This document shows, in pieces, positions 1-9,577 of a DNA stretch of 64,000 bases. How positions within the stretch are numbered: the first letter of the stretch is position 1; each line of letters starts with the position of its first letter. Source of the stretch: Chthonomonadia bacterium (lineage in GTDB: Bacteria; Armatimonadota; HRBIN16); contig JABUFA010000021.1 of the NCBI GenBank assembly GCA_013314755.1, positions 251 through 64,250 of the forward strand. Direction: 5' to 3'. The notes under the pieces were generated by a model. The model saw only the letters and a list, made by a program, of their open reading frames with translations, was not told where the DNA came from and did not search any database. Made by a program: the position numbers and the translations under genes.

Positions 1-3
1 AGT

Positions 4-94
4 AGAGTGTCCTTGCGATTGGAAATCGCAGGCTACACAGGACAAAACCTGCTCAAGCAGGTTTGTGGAGTGCTGAAGCAAGCTTCAGCACTCC
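4..94. repeat. REP/BIME-like palindrome mosaic, copy 1
   Basis: Hairpins CCTTGCGATT-GGA-AATCGCAGG (11-32), ACCTGC-TCAA-GCAGGT (47-62) and GGAGTGCTGAAGC-AA-GCTTCAGCACTCC (67-94). Positions 4-53 are the exact reverse complement of 57668-57717. Confidence 0.85.
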
Positions 95-108
95 AAAGCT
101 GTCTCCTC

Positions 109-137
109 TTGACTCCTCTTCACAAAATATGTATAAT
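109..137 (+). promoter_or_regulatory. sigma70-type promoter
   Basis: TTGACT-17 bp-TATAAT, upstream of a GGAGG ribosome-binding site (155-159) and GTG at 169. Confidence 0.75.
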
Positions 138-168
138 TTTGTATACTACTTTGTGGAGGGCGAATGCG

Positions 169-645
169 GTGAAAGGTGAAGAGACGTTAAAGGACCTGGA
201 GCTTCTGGCAGACCTGTTGTTGCGTCTGGCGGGGCGCGATGAGCACTACCCTGCCTATCCCGAATCTCGCAATGCCCAGCGCGAGCTGGTGGATGCTCAG
301 CGGGCTTCGCAACTGGCTCCCCTGCATCGCAATCTGCAGGTGGACGCGGTGGATTTCCTTCGCCGGCGAGAGATTGCGCTGATGCTGGAGCACGCACCGC
401 TCACCCCGCGCCAGCGACAGGTGGTTGACCTCTTCATGCGGGGCTACACCTTCGAGGAGATAGGCAGTGAATGGGGCATCAGCAAACAGGCGGCGCACAA
501 GCTGTTCCTGCGTGCCTGCGAAGCCATCCGCCAGAGCTGGACAGCACATCCCCTGAACGGTTTAACCCTGAGCTACAGCGAGGCGACCCTGCGCCGCTAC
601 GCCCGTCGGGTGCGATGGCTCAACCGCGACGAAGGGTCGGAATAG
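169..645 (+). CDS. sigma-70 region 4-like helix-turn-helix protein
   Basis: LTPRQRQVVDLFMRGYTFEEIGSEWGISKQAAHKL is a sigma-r4/LuxR-like HTH. Start moved to GTG 169 (RBS present); the ORF extension from 7 is translated repeat and promoter DNA. Confidence 0.7.
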   Translation: MKGEETLKDLELLADLLLRLAGRDEHYPAYPESRNAQRELVDAQRASQLAPLHRNLQVDAVDFLRRREIALMLEHAPLTPRQRQVVDLFMRGYTFEEIGSEWGISKQAAHKLFLRACEAIRQSWTAHPLNGLTLSYSEATLRRYARRVRWLNRDEGSE

Positions 646-714
646 GCGATGCTTTGCAAATGGCCGGCTCCCGCAGGGTACAATAAAGGCAGAACTGGTG
701 CACGGAGGGGTAGT

Positions 715-1311
715 TTGACCGGAAAACTGGTAGTAGGCATCACGGGAGCCAGCGGTGCAATCTATGCGGTGCGTTTTCTGCAACATGCTTCGCGCTATTT
801 CAGCCAGTTGCTGGTGATTGCATCCGAACACGCCCTTTCGGTGGCACGGGCGGAGCTGGGCACAGAAGTAGATGCGCACACGCTGTGCCCCCAGAGCCTG
901 CTCGGTGCGGAATATCCGAATATCGTCTTCCTGAACCCGAAGGACTATTTCACCCCTCCGGCAAGCGGTTCTTTTCGGCACGATGGCATGGTCATCATCC
1001 CCTGTTCCATGGGCACGGCTGGACGCATCGCGCACGGCGTCTCCGATGATTTGATTGCCCGCGCCGCCGACGTGTGCCTGAAGGAACGACGTAAATTAAT
1101 TCTGGTGGTGCGCGAGACTCCGCTGAATCTGATCCACCTGCGCACGCTGACCACGCTCACGGAAGCTGGGGCGGTGGTGTTGCCGGCAGCGCCCGCCTTC
1201 TACCATCGCCCGCAAAGCGTGGAGGAGCTGGTAGACACCGTGGTGGCGCGAGTGCTTCAGCAGCTGGGGGTGGAACAGCAAATCGTGTCGCAATGGCAGG
1301 TCGAAGAGTAA
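715..1311 (+). CDS. ubiX: UbiX-family flavin prenyltransferase
   Basis: VVGITGASGAIY, ASGS, IPCSMGT, RAADVCLKERRKLILVVRETPL, PAFYHRP. TTG start after GGAGG. Confidence 0.93.
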   Translation: MTGKLVVGITGASGAIYAVRFLQHASRYFSQLLVIASEHALSVARAELGTEVDAHTLCPQSLLGAEYPNIVFLNPKDYFTPPASGSFRHDGMVIIPCSMGTAGRIAHGVSDDLIARAADVCLKERRKLILVVRETPLNLIHLRTLTTLTEAGAVVLPAAPAFYHRPQSVEELVDTVVARVLQQLGVEQQIVSQWQVEE

Positions 1312-1401
1312 GGGCAGGAAAAGGCTGTCCAGACGCCTAAAATAATCTGGATAACAGAAAATCGAGCACTAATTACCATCTTCTCAAGGAGGCATCATAC
1401 C

Positions 1402-2562
1402 GTGTCTGCACGTTCCTTTCGCTGGGCGTTGACCCTGTTGCTTATCGTGCTGGGGCTGACGGTAGGCTATCAGGCAACGCCATGGTTTATCAGTTCGCTG
1501 AAAAAACTGTTGCCCGAAGCGGCAACCCAGCCCGATACCCCCAACATTCTTGATGACCCACGCTTCCAGCTGACCGTACGCGTGGCGTTGACGGTGGTCG
1601 GGGGGCTGATCGGCATCATTCTCGGCTCGGAGATATTCCGCTTTGTGCTCAACGTCCAGAAGCAGATAGAGAGCGCGTCCACTCGCGAGAAAATCGCGTT
1701 GACCATCGGGGGCACGTTCGGCGTTCTGCTGACGGTCCCCTTTGCGGTGCTCTTCAGCCGATACGGGCTTATCGGCATCCCGCTCACGTTGATTGTGGGC
1801 ATCACCTTCGTCTACCTGAGCACGGTCGCGGTGCTCAGCATGAAAGAGCTGCGGGTGGTTCTGCCCTCGCCAGAGGGCATAGCCGAAACCGACACGCCCC
1901 GAATCAAGATTCTGGACACCAACGTGATTATCGACGGGCGCATCGCCGACATCTGTCGCACCGGCTTTATTGAAGGCACGATTTACGTGCCCGGCTTCGT
2001 CATTGACGAGCTCCAGCACATCGCCGATTCGCCCGACTCTCTGCGCAGGGCACGGGGCAGGCGCGGGCTGGACATTCTCAACCAGATGCAGAAAGAGCGA
2101 CATCTGGAAGTGCGCACCTACGACGACACGGTGGACCCTAACGAGCCGGTGGACAAACGCCTGGTAAGCCTTGCCAAAAGCATCAACGGCGTCATCGTGA
2201 CCAACGACTTCAACCTGAACAAAGTCGCCGAGCTGGAAGGCGTGCAGGTGCTGAACGTCAACGAGCTCGCCAACGCACTGAAGCCGGTGGTTCTGCCCGG
2301 CGAGGAGATGCGCGTGCGCATCATCAAGGAGGGCAACCAGCCCAATCAGGGCGTCGGCTATATGGATGACGGCACGATGATTGTGGTGGAAGGCGGGCGC
2401 GACTTCATTGACCAGGACGTGGACGTGCTGGTCACCAGCGTGCTCCAGACGGTGGCGGGCAAGATGATTTTCGCCAGCGTGAAAAACCAGGAGAGCGAGA
2501 CCACCGAGTGGGCTGACCGGGGTATGCGCCTTCCCACGGCGCGCCTGCGCCGACGGCGGTAA
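1402..2562 (+). CDS. yacL: PIN/TRAM domain membrane protein (YacL-like)
   Basis: N-terminal TM helices, [16 protein letters not shown] motif, [10 protein letters not shown]-terminal TRAM ([17 protein letters not shown]...[10 protein letters not shown]). Lies upstream of ispDF, a known synteny. Confidence 0.9.
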   Translation: MSARSFRWALTLLLIVLGLTVGYQATPWFISSLKKLLPEAATQPDTPNILDDPRFQLTVRVALTVVGGLIGIILGSEIFRFVLNVQKQIESASTREKIALTIGGTFGVLLTVPFAVLFSRYGLIGIPLTLIVGITFVYLSTVAVLSMKELRVVLPSPEGIAETDTPRIKILDTNVIIDGRIADICRTGFIEGTIYVPGFVIDELQHIADSPDSLRRARGRRGLDILNQMQKERHLEVRTYDDTVDPNEPVDKRLVSLAKSINGVIVTNDFNLNKVAELEGVQVLNVNELANALKPVVLPGEEMRVRIIKEGNQPNQGVGYMDDGTMIVVEGGRDFIDQDVDVLVTSVLQTVAGKMIFASVKNQESETTEWADRGMRLPTARLRRRR

Positions 2563-2570
2563 CGAAAGGT

Positions 2571-3755
2571 GTGGTTGAGGTGGCGGATACCTGCGCCATT
2601 CTGCTTGCTGCGGGTAAGGGCGAGCGGTTCGGAAGCCCGGCAGGCAAACTGTGGACGCCGATTGCAGGCAAGCCCGTGCTTCTGTGGGCGATAGAACGCT
2701 TCCACTCTCACCCCGAGGTAGACCATATCGTGCTGGTGGGGCAAGGGGCAGAGCTGCCTCGCCTGCAGGACATAGCAAGCAGGTTCAGTAAGATAACTGC
2801 CGTGGTCAAGGGCGGGCGCGAGCGATGGGAGTCGGTACGCCTGGGGCTGGATGCCGTTCCCGAAGGGGACAGGTGGGTGCTGGTGCACGATGCGGCGCGG
2901 GCGGCGGTATCGGCGGATCTGATTTCGCGCGTATTGCAGGCTACCCGGCAGACTGGCGCCGCCATCCCTGCCCTGCGTGTGGCGGACACCCTCAAATGGG
3001 TGGACGAGGACGACATGGTGCGCGCAACCCTTCCCCGCGAACGCAGACAGGACGGGCAAAGGTGGCGAACGATGGCGGTGCAGACGCCCCAGGGGTTTGC
3101 GGTGGACATCCTGCGCGAGGCGTACGTACGCTTTGACCACTTGCAAAACATCCCCACCGATGACGCGATGCTTGTGGAAGGGTTTCACCCGGTAACCGTT
3201 GTGCCCGGCGACCCTCAGAACATCAAACTGACCTATCCCGAGGACCTGGCGCAGATGGAACGCATTCTTACAGGCGGTGGCGAGGTACGCACCGGCTTCG
3301 GCTACGATGTACACCCCTTCGCCGAGGGGCGCAGGCTGATGCTGGGCGGCGTGCAGGTTCCCTCGCCGCGCGGTTTAGCCGGACACTCCGACGCCGACGT
3401 GGTGCTTCATGCTATCACCGATGCCCTGTTAGGCGCGGCTGGGCTGGATGACATCGGCACGCTGTTTCCCAGCACCGACCCCGCCTATCGCGACGCCGAC
3501 AGCGTGGAACTGATGTGCCTCGCGTGGGAAAGAGTGCGCCAGCAGGGATGGCTGGTGGTGAATGTGGATGTCACTGTGCTAGCGGAAACGCCGCGCCTGC
3601 GCCCTTACGTCTCTGCGATGCGAGAGCGCATTGCCGACGCGCTTCAAATCCAACCCGACCGTGTGAACATCAAAGCGACTACCAGCGAACGAATGGGCTT
3701 CATCGGACGTGAAGAAGGTATCGCCTGCTACGCAGTGGCTACTCTCAGGAGGTGA
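2571..3755 (+). CDS. ispDF: bifunctional IspD/IspF (MEP pathway)
   Basis: LLAAGKGERFG, VLVHDAARA, QTPQGF (IspD); GYDVH, HSDADVVLHAITDALLGA, KATTSERMGFIGREEG (IspF). Confidence 0.95.
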   Translation: MVEVADTCAILLAAGKGERFGSPAGKLWTPIAGKPVLLWAIERFHSHPEVDHIVLVGQGAELPRLQDIASRFSKITAVVKGGRERWESVRLGLDAVPEGDRWVLVHDAARAAVSADLISRVLQATRQTGAAIPALRVADTLKWVDEDDMVRATLPRERRQDGQRWRTMAVQTPQGFAVDILREAYVRFDHLQNIPTDDAMLVEGFHPVTVVPGDPQNIKLTYPEDLAQMERILTGGGEVRTGFGYDVHPFAEGRRLMLGGVQVPSPRGLAGHSDADVVLHAITDALLGAAGLDDIGTLFPSTDPAYRDADSVELMCLAWERVRQQGWLVVNVDVTVLAETPRLRPYVSAMRERIADALQIQPDRVNIKATTSERMGFIGREEGIACYAVATLRR

Positions 3756-4234
3756 TACTCGTGCAGGAGGCGTTGCTGGTGATGCTGTTCGCCATCGCAA
3801 TGGGCTATCTGGAGGCGGCGGTGGTGGTGTACCTGCGTGCGCTGTACTACCCCGATGGCTTTCCCGTTCCGGTGAAACTGGGCGCGGTTCCCATTCGATT
3901 CACGCGCATCCCCGAGTTTGAGGGGCGAATGCCCCAGCACATACTGCGCACCGAAATCGGGCGGGAAGTGGCGACCATCGTGATGCTTGTCTGCCTGGCA
4001 TTGCTGGTGGGCGAAAGTCCGATCCAAGTGCTGGCGGTGTTCCTGCTGGCTTTTGGCGTGTGGGATATTTTCTACTACGTGTTCCTGAAGGTGCTCATCC
4101 GCTGGCCCGAGTCGCTGAAGACGCTGGATGTGCTGTTTCTGATACCGGTGCCCTGGATTGGTCCCGTGTGGCTGCCGGTGAGCATTTCGGCGATGATGAT
4201 TGTGGCAGGAGCAGCAATCCTGCTGGGGAAATAG
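3752..4234 (+). CDS. hypothetical integral membrane protein
   Basis: About 4 hydrophobic helices; start overlaps the ispDF stop, implying translational coupling. Confidence 0.7.
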   Translation: MILVQEALLVMLFAIAMGYLEAAVVVYLRALYYPDGFPVPVKLGAVPIRFTRIPEFEGRMPQHILRTEIGREVATIVMLVCLALLVGESPIQVLAVFLLAFGVWDIFYYVFLKVLIRWPESLKTLDVLFLIPVPWIGPVWLPVSISAMMIVAGAAILLGK

Positions 4235-4240
4235 ACGGTT

Positions 4241-5086
4241 TCAGGGGGCGTCGCTGAACTCTTCGGTACTGCAAATCTCCCAGCCGCCGTTTCGCCAGCG
4301 CAGGATGAAACCACGCCCAACCTGCGTAACAGGGGGGCAACTCTGTGCCAGCACGCACACACTGCGGTCGGGCGTACCGAGCGCTACCTGCAGGTTTATG
4401 CCGTCCGAGGTAGACGTGACCTTTCCCGGCGCAAGCCCCTGCCCTGCATACTGCCATAACTGCTCATGGATCAGCGGTGGGAAATCATCTACGGCGGGGA
4501 GGTCGGGCTGATGAAACTGCAGATAAGCCCGCAGAAACCGCGACAAAACCTCCTGCAGAAGCTCGCGCTCCCGGCACAGCAAGTGGCTGACCCTGTCCTC
4601 GCGTGATTCCCAGTACAGGCGGTTGTCAATCTCGTGATGAAGAACGGTATACCATGTCGGTGCGGAAAAGGTGTCGGTCACCAGCGGCTCGATATCCATC
4701 TGCGCCAGCTGGTCGGGCGAGAAGGGCGTATCGGTGAATATCAGGTACGTCTGTGTCAAACGTGCTATATCCTGCACGTGCTGAGCGGGTACCAGCGCGA
4801 ACGAGGAGCGGATAGAGTGCGCCTGCAGCTTCTGCCGGCGGAGCCACTGCGCCAGCGATTGGTTTGGACGCGCCAGCATCTGCTTGTTGCTGAACGACAG
4901 CAGGAGCAGATACCGCCCCTGCAGGTACTCATGCAGAACGTCCGCGCAGAGATACAGAGGCAAAGGCGCAGCGTACAGCGCGTACACATCCTCCTGCTGG
5001 CGAAGATGCACGTGCACCGGCTGACGAAACAGGGGCTTTCCCTCGCCACCAGCAGATGTGTCTGTTCGGTCACGGTCTGTTACCAT
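4241..5086 (-). CDS. hypothetical protein
   Basis: 281-aa ORF with natural composition, own promoter upstream, convergent with the previous gene. Confidence 0.65.
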   Translation of the reverse strand: MVTDRDRTDTSAGGEGKPLFRQPVHVHLRQQEDVYALYAAPLPLYLCADVLHEYLQGRYLLLLSFSNKQMLARPNQSLAQWLRRQKLQAHSIRSSFALVPAQHVQDIARLTQTYLIFTDTPFSPDQLAQMDIEPLVTDTFSAPTWYTVLHHEIDNRLYWESREDRVSHLLCRERELLQEVLSRFLRAYLQFHQPDLPAVDDFPPLIHEQLWQYAGQGLAPGKVTSTSDGINLQVALGTPDRSVCVLAQSCPPVTQVGRGFILRWRNGGWEICSTEEFSDAP

Positions 5087-5191
5087 ACATCACCATGCAC
5101 TCCTTTGGGAAAAGCTTGCAGACTGAAGGTCAGAAGGCGCTGTCCATCTGGAGACACGGTGTTCTGCAGACTCTACGTGGATGGTTGCCTT

Positions 5192-5220
5192 AGTATATCA
5201 GAAATCGCCTACGGTTGCAA
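5192..5220 (-). promoter_or_regulatory. sigma70-type promoter
   Basis: Minus strand TTGCAA-17 bp-TATACT. Confidence 0.6.
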
Positions 5221-5802
5221 TACCCGACGCAATCTCTGCGCGAACTCGCGCGGCGGCTCGTAACCGACCAGCGTGAGGGACTTCAGCCACTCGCCCTGAC
5301 CGTTCAGAAAGGCAACCGTTGGCAACCCTTCCGCGCCGTACTGCTTCGCCAGTTCCGCGGTTTCCGGGGGCAGGTTACTGGAGGTCATATCCACGCGAAA
5401 GACGGCAAACTGCTTCGCCAGGCGTGCCACCTCGCCGTCGGTGAAGGTTTCGCGCTCCAGCCGTCGACAGAACGGGCACCAGTCGGCAGTGAACACCAGT
5501 ATCACCGGCTTGCCCTCTTCAACAGCCTGCTGGATCGCCGACTTGCTGGCGGGTAGCATGTTTACCTCGCCCCTGCCAGCTACCACGCCCGGCTGGGAGA
5601 CCCACAACGCACCAATGATGAACACAATGCCCAGCGTGGCGGTAACGCCTCGCCGACGCAGGAGCAATACTCCCGCCACCCCGAGGCTGACGGTCATCAA
5701 CACCCGAACAACCTCCAGAGGCATCACCTCTCGCGCTGACCAGAAGATGCCAGCGACTCCCAGCAAAATAACAATCGGAAGCCAGAATCCCAGCTTTTGC
5801 AC
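5209..5802 (-). CDS. membrane-anchored thioredoxin-family protein (DsbD-gamma-like)
   Basis: N-terminal TM segments, FTADWCPFC active site, GLPT cis-Pro loop; visibly paralogous to the C-terminus of the adjacent DsbD. Confidence 0.85.
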   Translation of the reverse strand: MQKLGFWLPIVILLGVAGIFWSAREVMPLEVVRVLMTVSLGVAGVLLLRRRGVTATLGIVFIIGALWVSQPGVVAGRGEVNMLPASKSAIQQAVEEGKPVILVFTADWCPFCRRLERETFTDGEVARLAKQFAVFRVDMTSSNLPPETAELAKQYGAEGLPTVAFLNGQGEWLKSLTLVGYEPPREFAQRLRRVLQP

Positions 5803-5817
5803 CTCTTTTATCCTCCT

Positions 5818-7656
5818 CTATCGCTGTGCGGTTTGCGCCGCCGAATGAAATTGCGCCATCCGTTTCAGGAAGGCGTCCGGCGGCTCGAACTGTACCAGGC
5901 GCAGAGACTCTTGCTCGCGCCCGGAGCCGTCCAGAAACACAATGGTCGGCACACCGACGATTTTGAAACGCTCTTTGACCGCCTTCACCGCGGGGTCTTC
6001 GTCGCGGGTCAGGTCCGCTTTGAGGGCAACGACACCTTCAAACGCCTTCGCCACGCGCGGGTCCGAGAAGGTGTTCGCCTCCAGCTCCTTGCACGGCAGG
6101 CACCAGTCGGCGTAGAAGTCAATAACCACCGGCTTGCCCTCCGCAACAGCTTGCTGGAGTATCTCGTCGCTGTAAGGCTGCCATGCGATATGCCCACCCT
6201 GCGCCTTCTGGGAGGGGATGGCTATCATCACCGCCCAGGCGACCAGCGCTACGCCCAGTAACCGCTTGAACAGGAAGAAGGCGCGCACCGACTTCGCCAG
6301 CTTATCAAAAGCGACCAGGTAGATGCCCACTCCCGCCAGGAACGCGAACATCAGCCATCTGTACACCGCCGCGGGCAGGATGGGGCTGAGGAAGAATATC
6401 GCCACGCCAATCAGCGCAAAGCCGAACAGGTGCTCAACGGCGACCATCCACTCGCCGCTGCGCGGCAGGCGACGAATCGCCCCTGAGAACATTGCCAGCA
6501 CAATATAGGGTATGCCCAGACCAATGCCCAGTGTCAGGAACAACAGAAAGCCCAGAGGCACGTTGCCTGTGCCCGATACCACCGCCGCCAGAGCCACCAC
6601 GACAGGCCCCACACATGGCGCCGCCGCCACACCGACCAGCAAGCCCATCATCAGCGCACCCAACCAGCCTTCACGCAGGCGTGCCTTGTTGCGCAGACCG
6701 GCAGGCAACTGCAGCTGATACACGCCGAACATGCTTAACGCCAGCGCCACCAGTATCACTGCGAAGCCACCCAGCACCCACGGATTCTGCAGCTGAAAGC
6801 CGAAGGTCTTGCCCAGTGCCGCCGCCGCCGTGCCCAGCGAGGCATACATTAACGCCATCCCAAACACATAAACCAGCGCCAGCCCGAACGTTCGTCCCGA
6901 GCTGCCCGCAGTCTGCCTGCTGAAGAACGAGATGGTAATCGGAATCAGTGGGTAGACACAGGGGGTCAGGTTGAGCAGAAGCCCCAACAGCAAGATAATC
7001 GGCAGGGCGATGCCGAAACGCCCCTGGTCCAGCAGGTTCTGCAGACGCTGGAGGTACGCTCCGCCCGGCGCGGAAGCGAACGTACCTGTCGCCTGCGGTG
7101 GGCTGGCTGAGGAGGCTTCTTCCACCTGCGCTACCGTCTGCCCCTCGCCCGGTTCCACGCTCGCAGAGGCTTTGCCGACCTTTAACGACAGGGAGAACGG
7201 CAGGTCGCCCGGTGGATAACACGACTTCTCGTCACATGCCTGATAGTTCACTTTACCGCGGATGGTGACCGAACCCGCCTTTAAACTCTTCGCCGGTGTC
7301 GCCACAATGCGAATGACGGTCTTCCCCTCGTAAACGGCTATCTTTTTGCCGCCGGTGAAGGCGAACTCGCGTTGATGCCCCTTTGGATACTGCGGCTGAG
7401 CGAAGGTGATGCCTGCCACCGGCTCCACGCTAACCGTTGTGGGGATGAGGAACTTCTCGCTTGCCGGATTGGCGTTGACGTGGTAAGGCTGTTTGATATT
7501 CAGCGTCACCAGTATCTCGAACGGCTTGCCCGGCACAATCTGCTTCACCGATGCCCCTGCCTGCACGCTCAGAGCATCTTTGGGCGGAGCAAACTGCGCA
7601 AAGACTGCAACAGACAGCAATAGCGCAATGCTTACCACACTGAAAACAGTTCGCAT
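5818..7656 (-). CDS. dsbD: thiol:disulfide interchange protein DsbD
   Basis: Signal peptide, alpha domain YQACDEKSCYPP, TM domain LTPCVYPLIP and APCVGP, gamma domain WCLPC. Start moved to ATG 7656 (GAGG RBS). Confidence 0.92.
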   Translation of the reverse strand: MRTVFSVVSIALLLSVAVFAQFAPPKDALSVQAGASVKQIVPGKPFEILVTLNIKQPYHVNANPASEKFLIPTTVSVEPVAGITFAQPQYPKGHQREFAFTGGKKIAVYEGKTVIRIVATPAKSLKAGSVTIRGKVNYQACDEKSCYPPGDLPFSLSLKVGKASASVEPGEGQTVAQVEEASSASPPQATGTFASAPGGAYLQRLQNLLDQGRFGIALPIILLLGLLLNLTPCVYPLIPITISFFSRQTAGSSGRTFGLALVYVFGMALMYASLGTAAAALGKTFGFQLQNPWVLGGFAVILVALALSMFGVYQLQLPAGLRNKARLREGWLGALMMGLLVGVAAAPCVGPVVVALAAVVSGTGNVPLGFLLFLTLGIGLGIPYIVLAMFSGAIRRLPRSGEWMVAVEHLFGFALIGVAIFFLSPILPAAVYRWLMFAFLAGVGIYLVAFDKLAKSVRAFFLFKRLLGVALVAWAVMIAIPSQKAQGGHIAWQPYSDEILQQAVAEGKPVVIDFYADWCLPCKELEANTFSDPRVAKAFEGVVALKADLTRDEDPAVKAVKERFKIVGVPTIVFLDGSGREQESLRLVQFEPPDAFLKRMAQFHSAAQTAQR

Positions 7657-7812
7657 AACCCTCACCTCGTTACAGGGTTTCTTTTTCCCTATACGATAGA
7701 TACCTCGAAAGCGGTTTCGGATGCATCGGGACCCCGCAGAGTGTAGCAATTCCGCGCCTGATGCTGTAAGATATAATTGATTGACCAAAAAGTGTGTAGA
7801 GAGGCGAAGACG

Positions 7813-9468
7813 ATGACGGACAACAAATCTCCGCTACAGCAGGCGCGCGCATCCTATCAACCGAAACTGCCTCCTGCTCTGCGCACAGGCAACATTGCCG
7901 TGCAACTGGGCGAGCCAACGGAGCCGGCGACCCACAAGGAGGAGATCCGCAACCTGTTCCCACATACCTACGGTCAACCGATTGCCACGCTCGTGGAAGG
8001 CAAAGGGGAACTGAGCACCAGACCGCTTCGGGTAGGTGTGGTGCTATCGGGAGGACCCGCGCCCGGCGGGCACAACGTGATTGCGGGCATCTTCGACGCC
8101 CTGAAGTCCGCGAACCCCGACAGCCGGCTGTACGGCTTCCTGAAGGGTCCAGGTGGCGTGATTAAGGGCAAATACACGGAGCTCACCGCCGAGACCATTG
8201 ACCAGTACCGCAACACCGGCGGCTTCAATATGATAATGACCGGGCGCGACAAGATTGAGAAGCCGGAAGAGCTGGAAGCCTGCCGCAAGAACTTCGAGCA
8301 GATGGGACTGGATGGGCTGGTGATTATCGGCGGTGACGACTCGAACACCAACGCGGCGGTGCTTGCCGAGTATCTACGGTCGGTGGGTTCCTCTACCTGT
8401 ATCATCGGCGTGCCCAAGACCATCGACGGCGACATGAAGAACGAGCTGATTGAAGCTTCGTTCGGCTTCGACACCGCCAGCAAGGTGTACTCCGAGCTGA
8501 TTGGCAACATCGCCCGCGACGCCACCTCTGCGGTGAAGTACTGGCACTTCATCCGCCTGATGGGGCGCGCCGCCAGCCACGTCACGCTGGAATGTGCCCT
8601 GCAGACGCATCCCAACATCGCGCTCATCTCGGAAGAGGTGCAGGCGAAGGGCACCACGCTGGAACAGATTGTGGATTATATCACCGACGTGGTGGTTCGG
8701 CGTGCCGAGCAGGGCAAGAACTACGGCATCGCTCTGGTACCCGAGGGGCTGGTGGAGTTCATCGGCGACATCAAGACGCTGATTGATGAGCTGAGCGCCA
8801 TCCTCGGCGCGGAAGAGGAGTACATCCACAGCCTGCCCGACCACTCCGAGCGGGTACAGTACCTCAACACCAGACTGAGCGACCACAGCGCCCGGGTATA
8901 CGGCTCCCTGCCGCAGGACATTCAGGCGGTACTTCTGCGCCGCGACAGCCACGGCAACGTGCCCCTGTCGCAGGTGGAGACCGAGCGACTACTGATTGAC
9001 CTCGTATCCGACCGTATCCGCCTCCTGCAGGCGAAGGGCGAGGCGCAGGCGGTGAAGTTCAGTCCGCTCAGCCACTTCTTCGGCTACGAGGGACGCTGTG
9101 CCGCGCCGTCTAACTTTGATGCCGACTATGCCTACACGCTGGGCTACGCGGCGGCGCAGCTCATCCGCGCCAACCTCACCGGCTACACGGTGTACGTGCG
9201 CAACCTAACCCGCAGTGCGGACGAATGGGTGGCTGGCGGCGTGCCGGTCACCATGATGCTCAACATCGAGATGCGCAAGGGCAAGCCCACGCCGGTCATC
9301 AGGAAGGCGCTGGTCGACCTGAACGGCAAGCCATTCCGCACCTTTGCCGAACAGCGCGAGAAGTGGGCAATCGAGGACGACTACCGCTTCCCCGGACCGA
9401 TTCAGTACTTCGGTCCCAGCGAAATCTGCGACGCTCCGACGCTCACCCTGCAGCTGGAGCGCGGCTAA
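7813..9468 (+). CDS. pfp: pyrophosphate-dependent phosphofructokinase, long clade
   Basis: [19 protein letters not shown] (Asp diagnostic of PPi use), PKTIDGD, MGR, GYEGR. Confidence 0.93.
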   Translation: MTDNKSPLQQARASYQPKLPPALRTGNIAVQLGEPTEPATHKEEIRNLFPHTYGQPIATLVEGKGELSTRPLRVGVVLSGGPAPGGHNVIAGIFDALKSANPDSRLYGFLKGPGGVIKGKYTELTAETIDQYRNTGGFNMIMTGRDKIEKPEELEACRKNFEQMGLDGLVIIGGDDSNTNAAVLAEYLRSVGSSTCIIGVPKTIDGDMKNELIEASFGFDTASKVYSELIGNIARDATSAVKYWHFIRLMGRAASHVTLECALQTHPNIALISEEVQAKGTTLEQIVDYITDVVVRRAEQGKNYGIALVPEGLVEFIGDIKTLIDELSAILGAEEEYIHSLPDHSERVQYLNTRLSDHSARVYGSLPQDIQAVLLRRDSHGNVPLSQVETERLLIDLVSDRIRLLQAKGEAQAVKFSPLSHFFGYEGRCAAPSNFDADYAYTLGYAAAQLIRANLTGYTVYVRNLTRSADEWVAGGVPVTMMLNIEMRKGKPTPVIRKALVDLNGKPFRTFAEQREKWAIEDDYRFPGPIQYFGPSEICDAPTLTLQLERG

Positions 9469-9474
9469 GAATCG

Positions 9475-9498
9475 GGTGGGGCGCGTGTGCGCCCCACC
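9475..9498. terminator. GC-rich hairpin after pfp
   Basis: GGTGGGGCGC-GTGT-GCGCCCCACC perfect 10-bp stem; no U-tract, so terminator versus repeat is unresolved. Confidence 0.45.
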
Positions 9499-9577
9499 AG
9501 CATATCCCTCAGCAGGATGCTTCGCCCGCCCCGCGAATCCCTGTCATAAAGCATCCCTTTGCGTCCCGGAGGTAGCC

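Noticed and set aside
7-168. N-terminal extension of the first ORF (MSLRLEIAGYTGQNLL...), also seen in ORFs near 42425-42710 and 57545-57903
   Set aside because: These are translations of the REP-like repeat; the real start is GTG 169 after the promoter and RBS.
5060-5106. Eight-codon ORF (MVMYGNRP) overlapping the start of the 4241-5086 gene
   Set aside because: Too short, and SD spacing is poor; no evidence of function.
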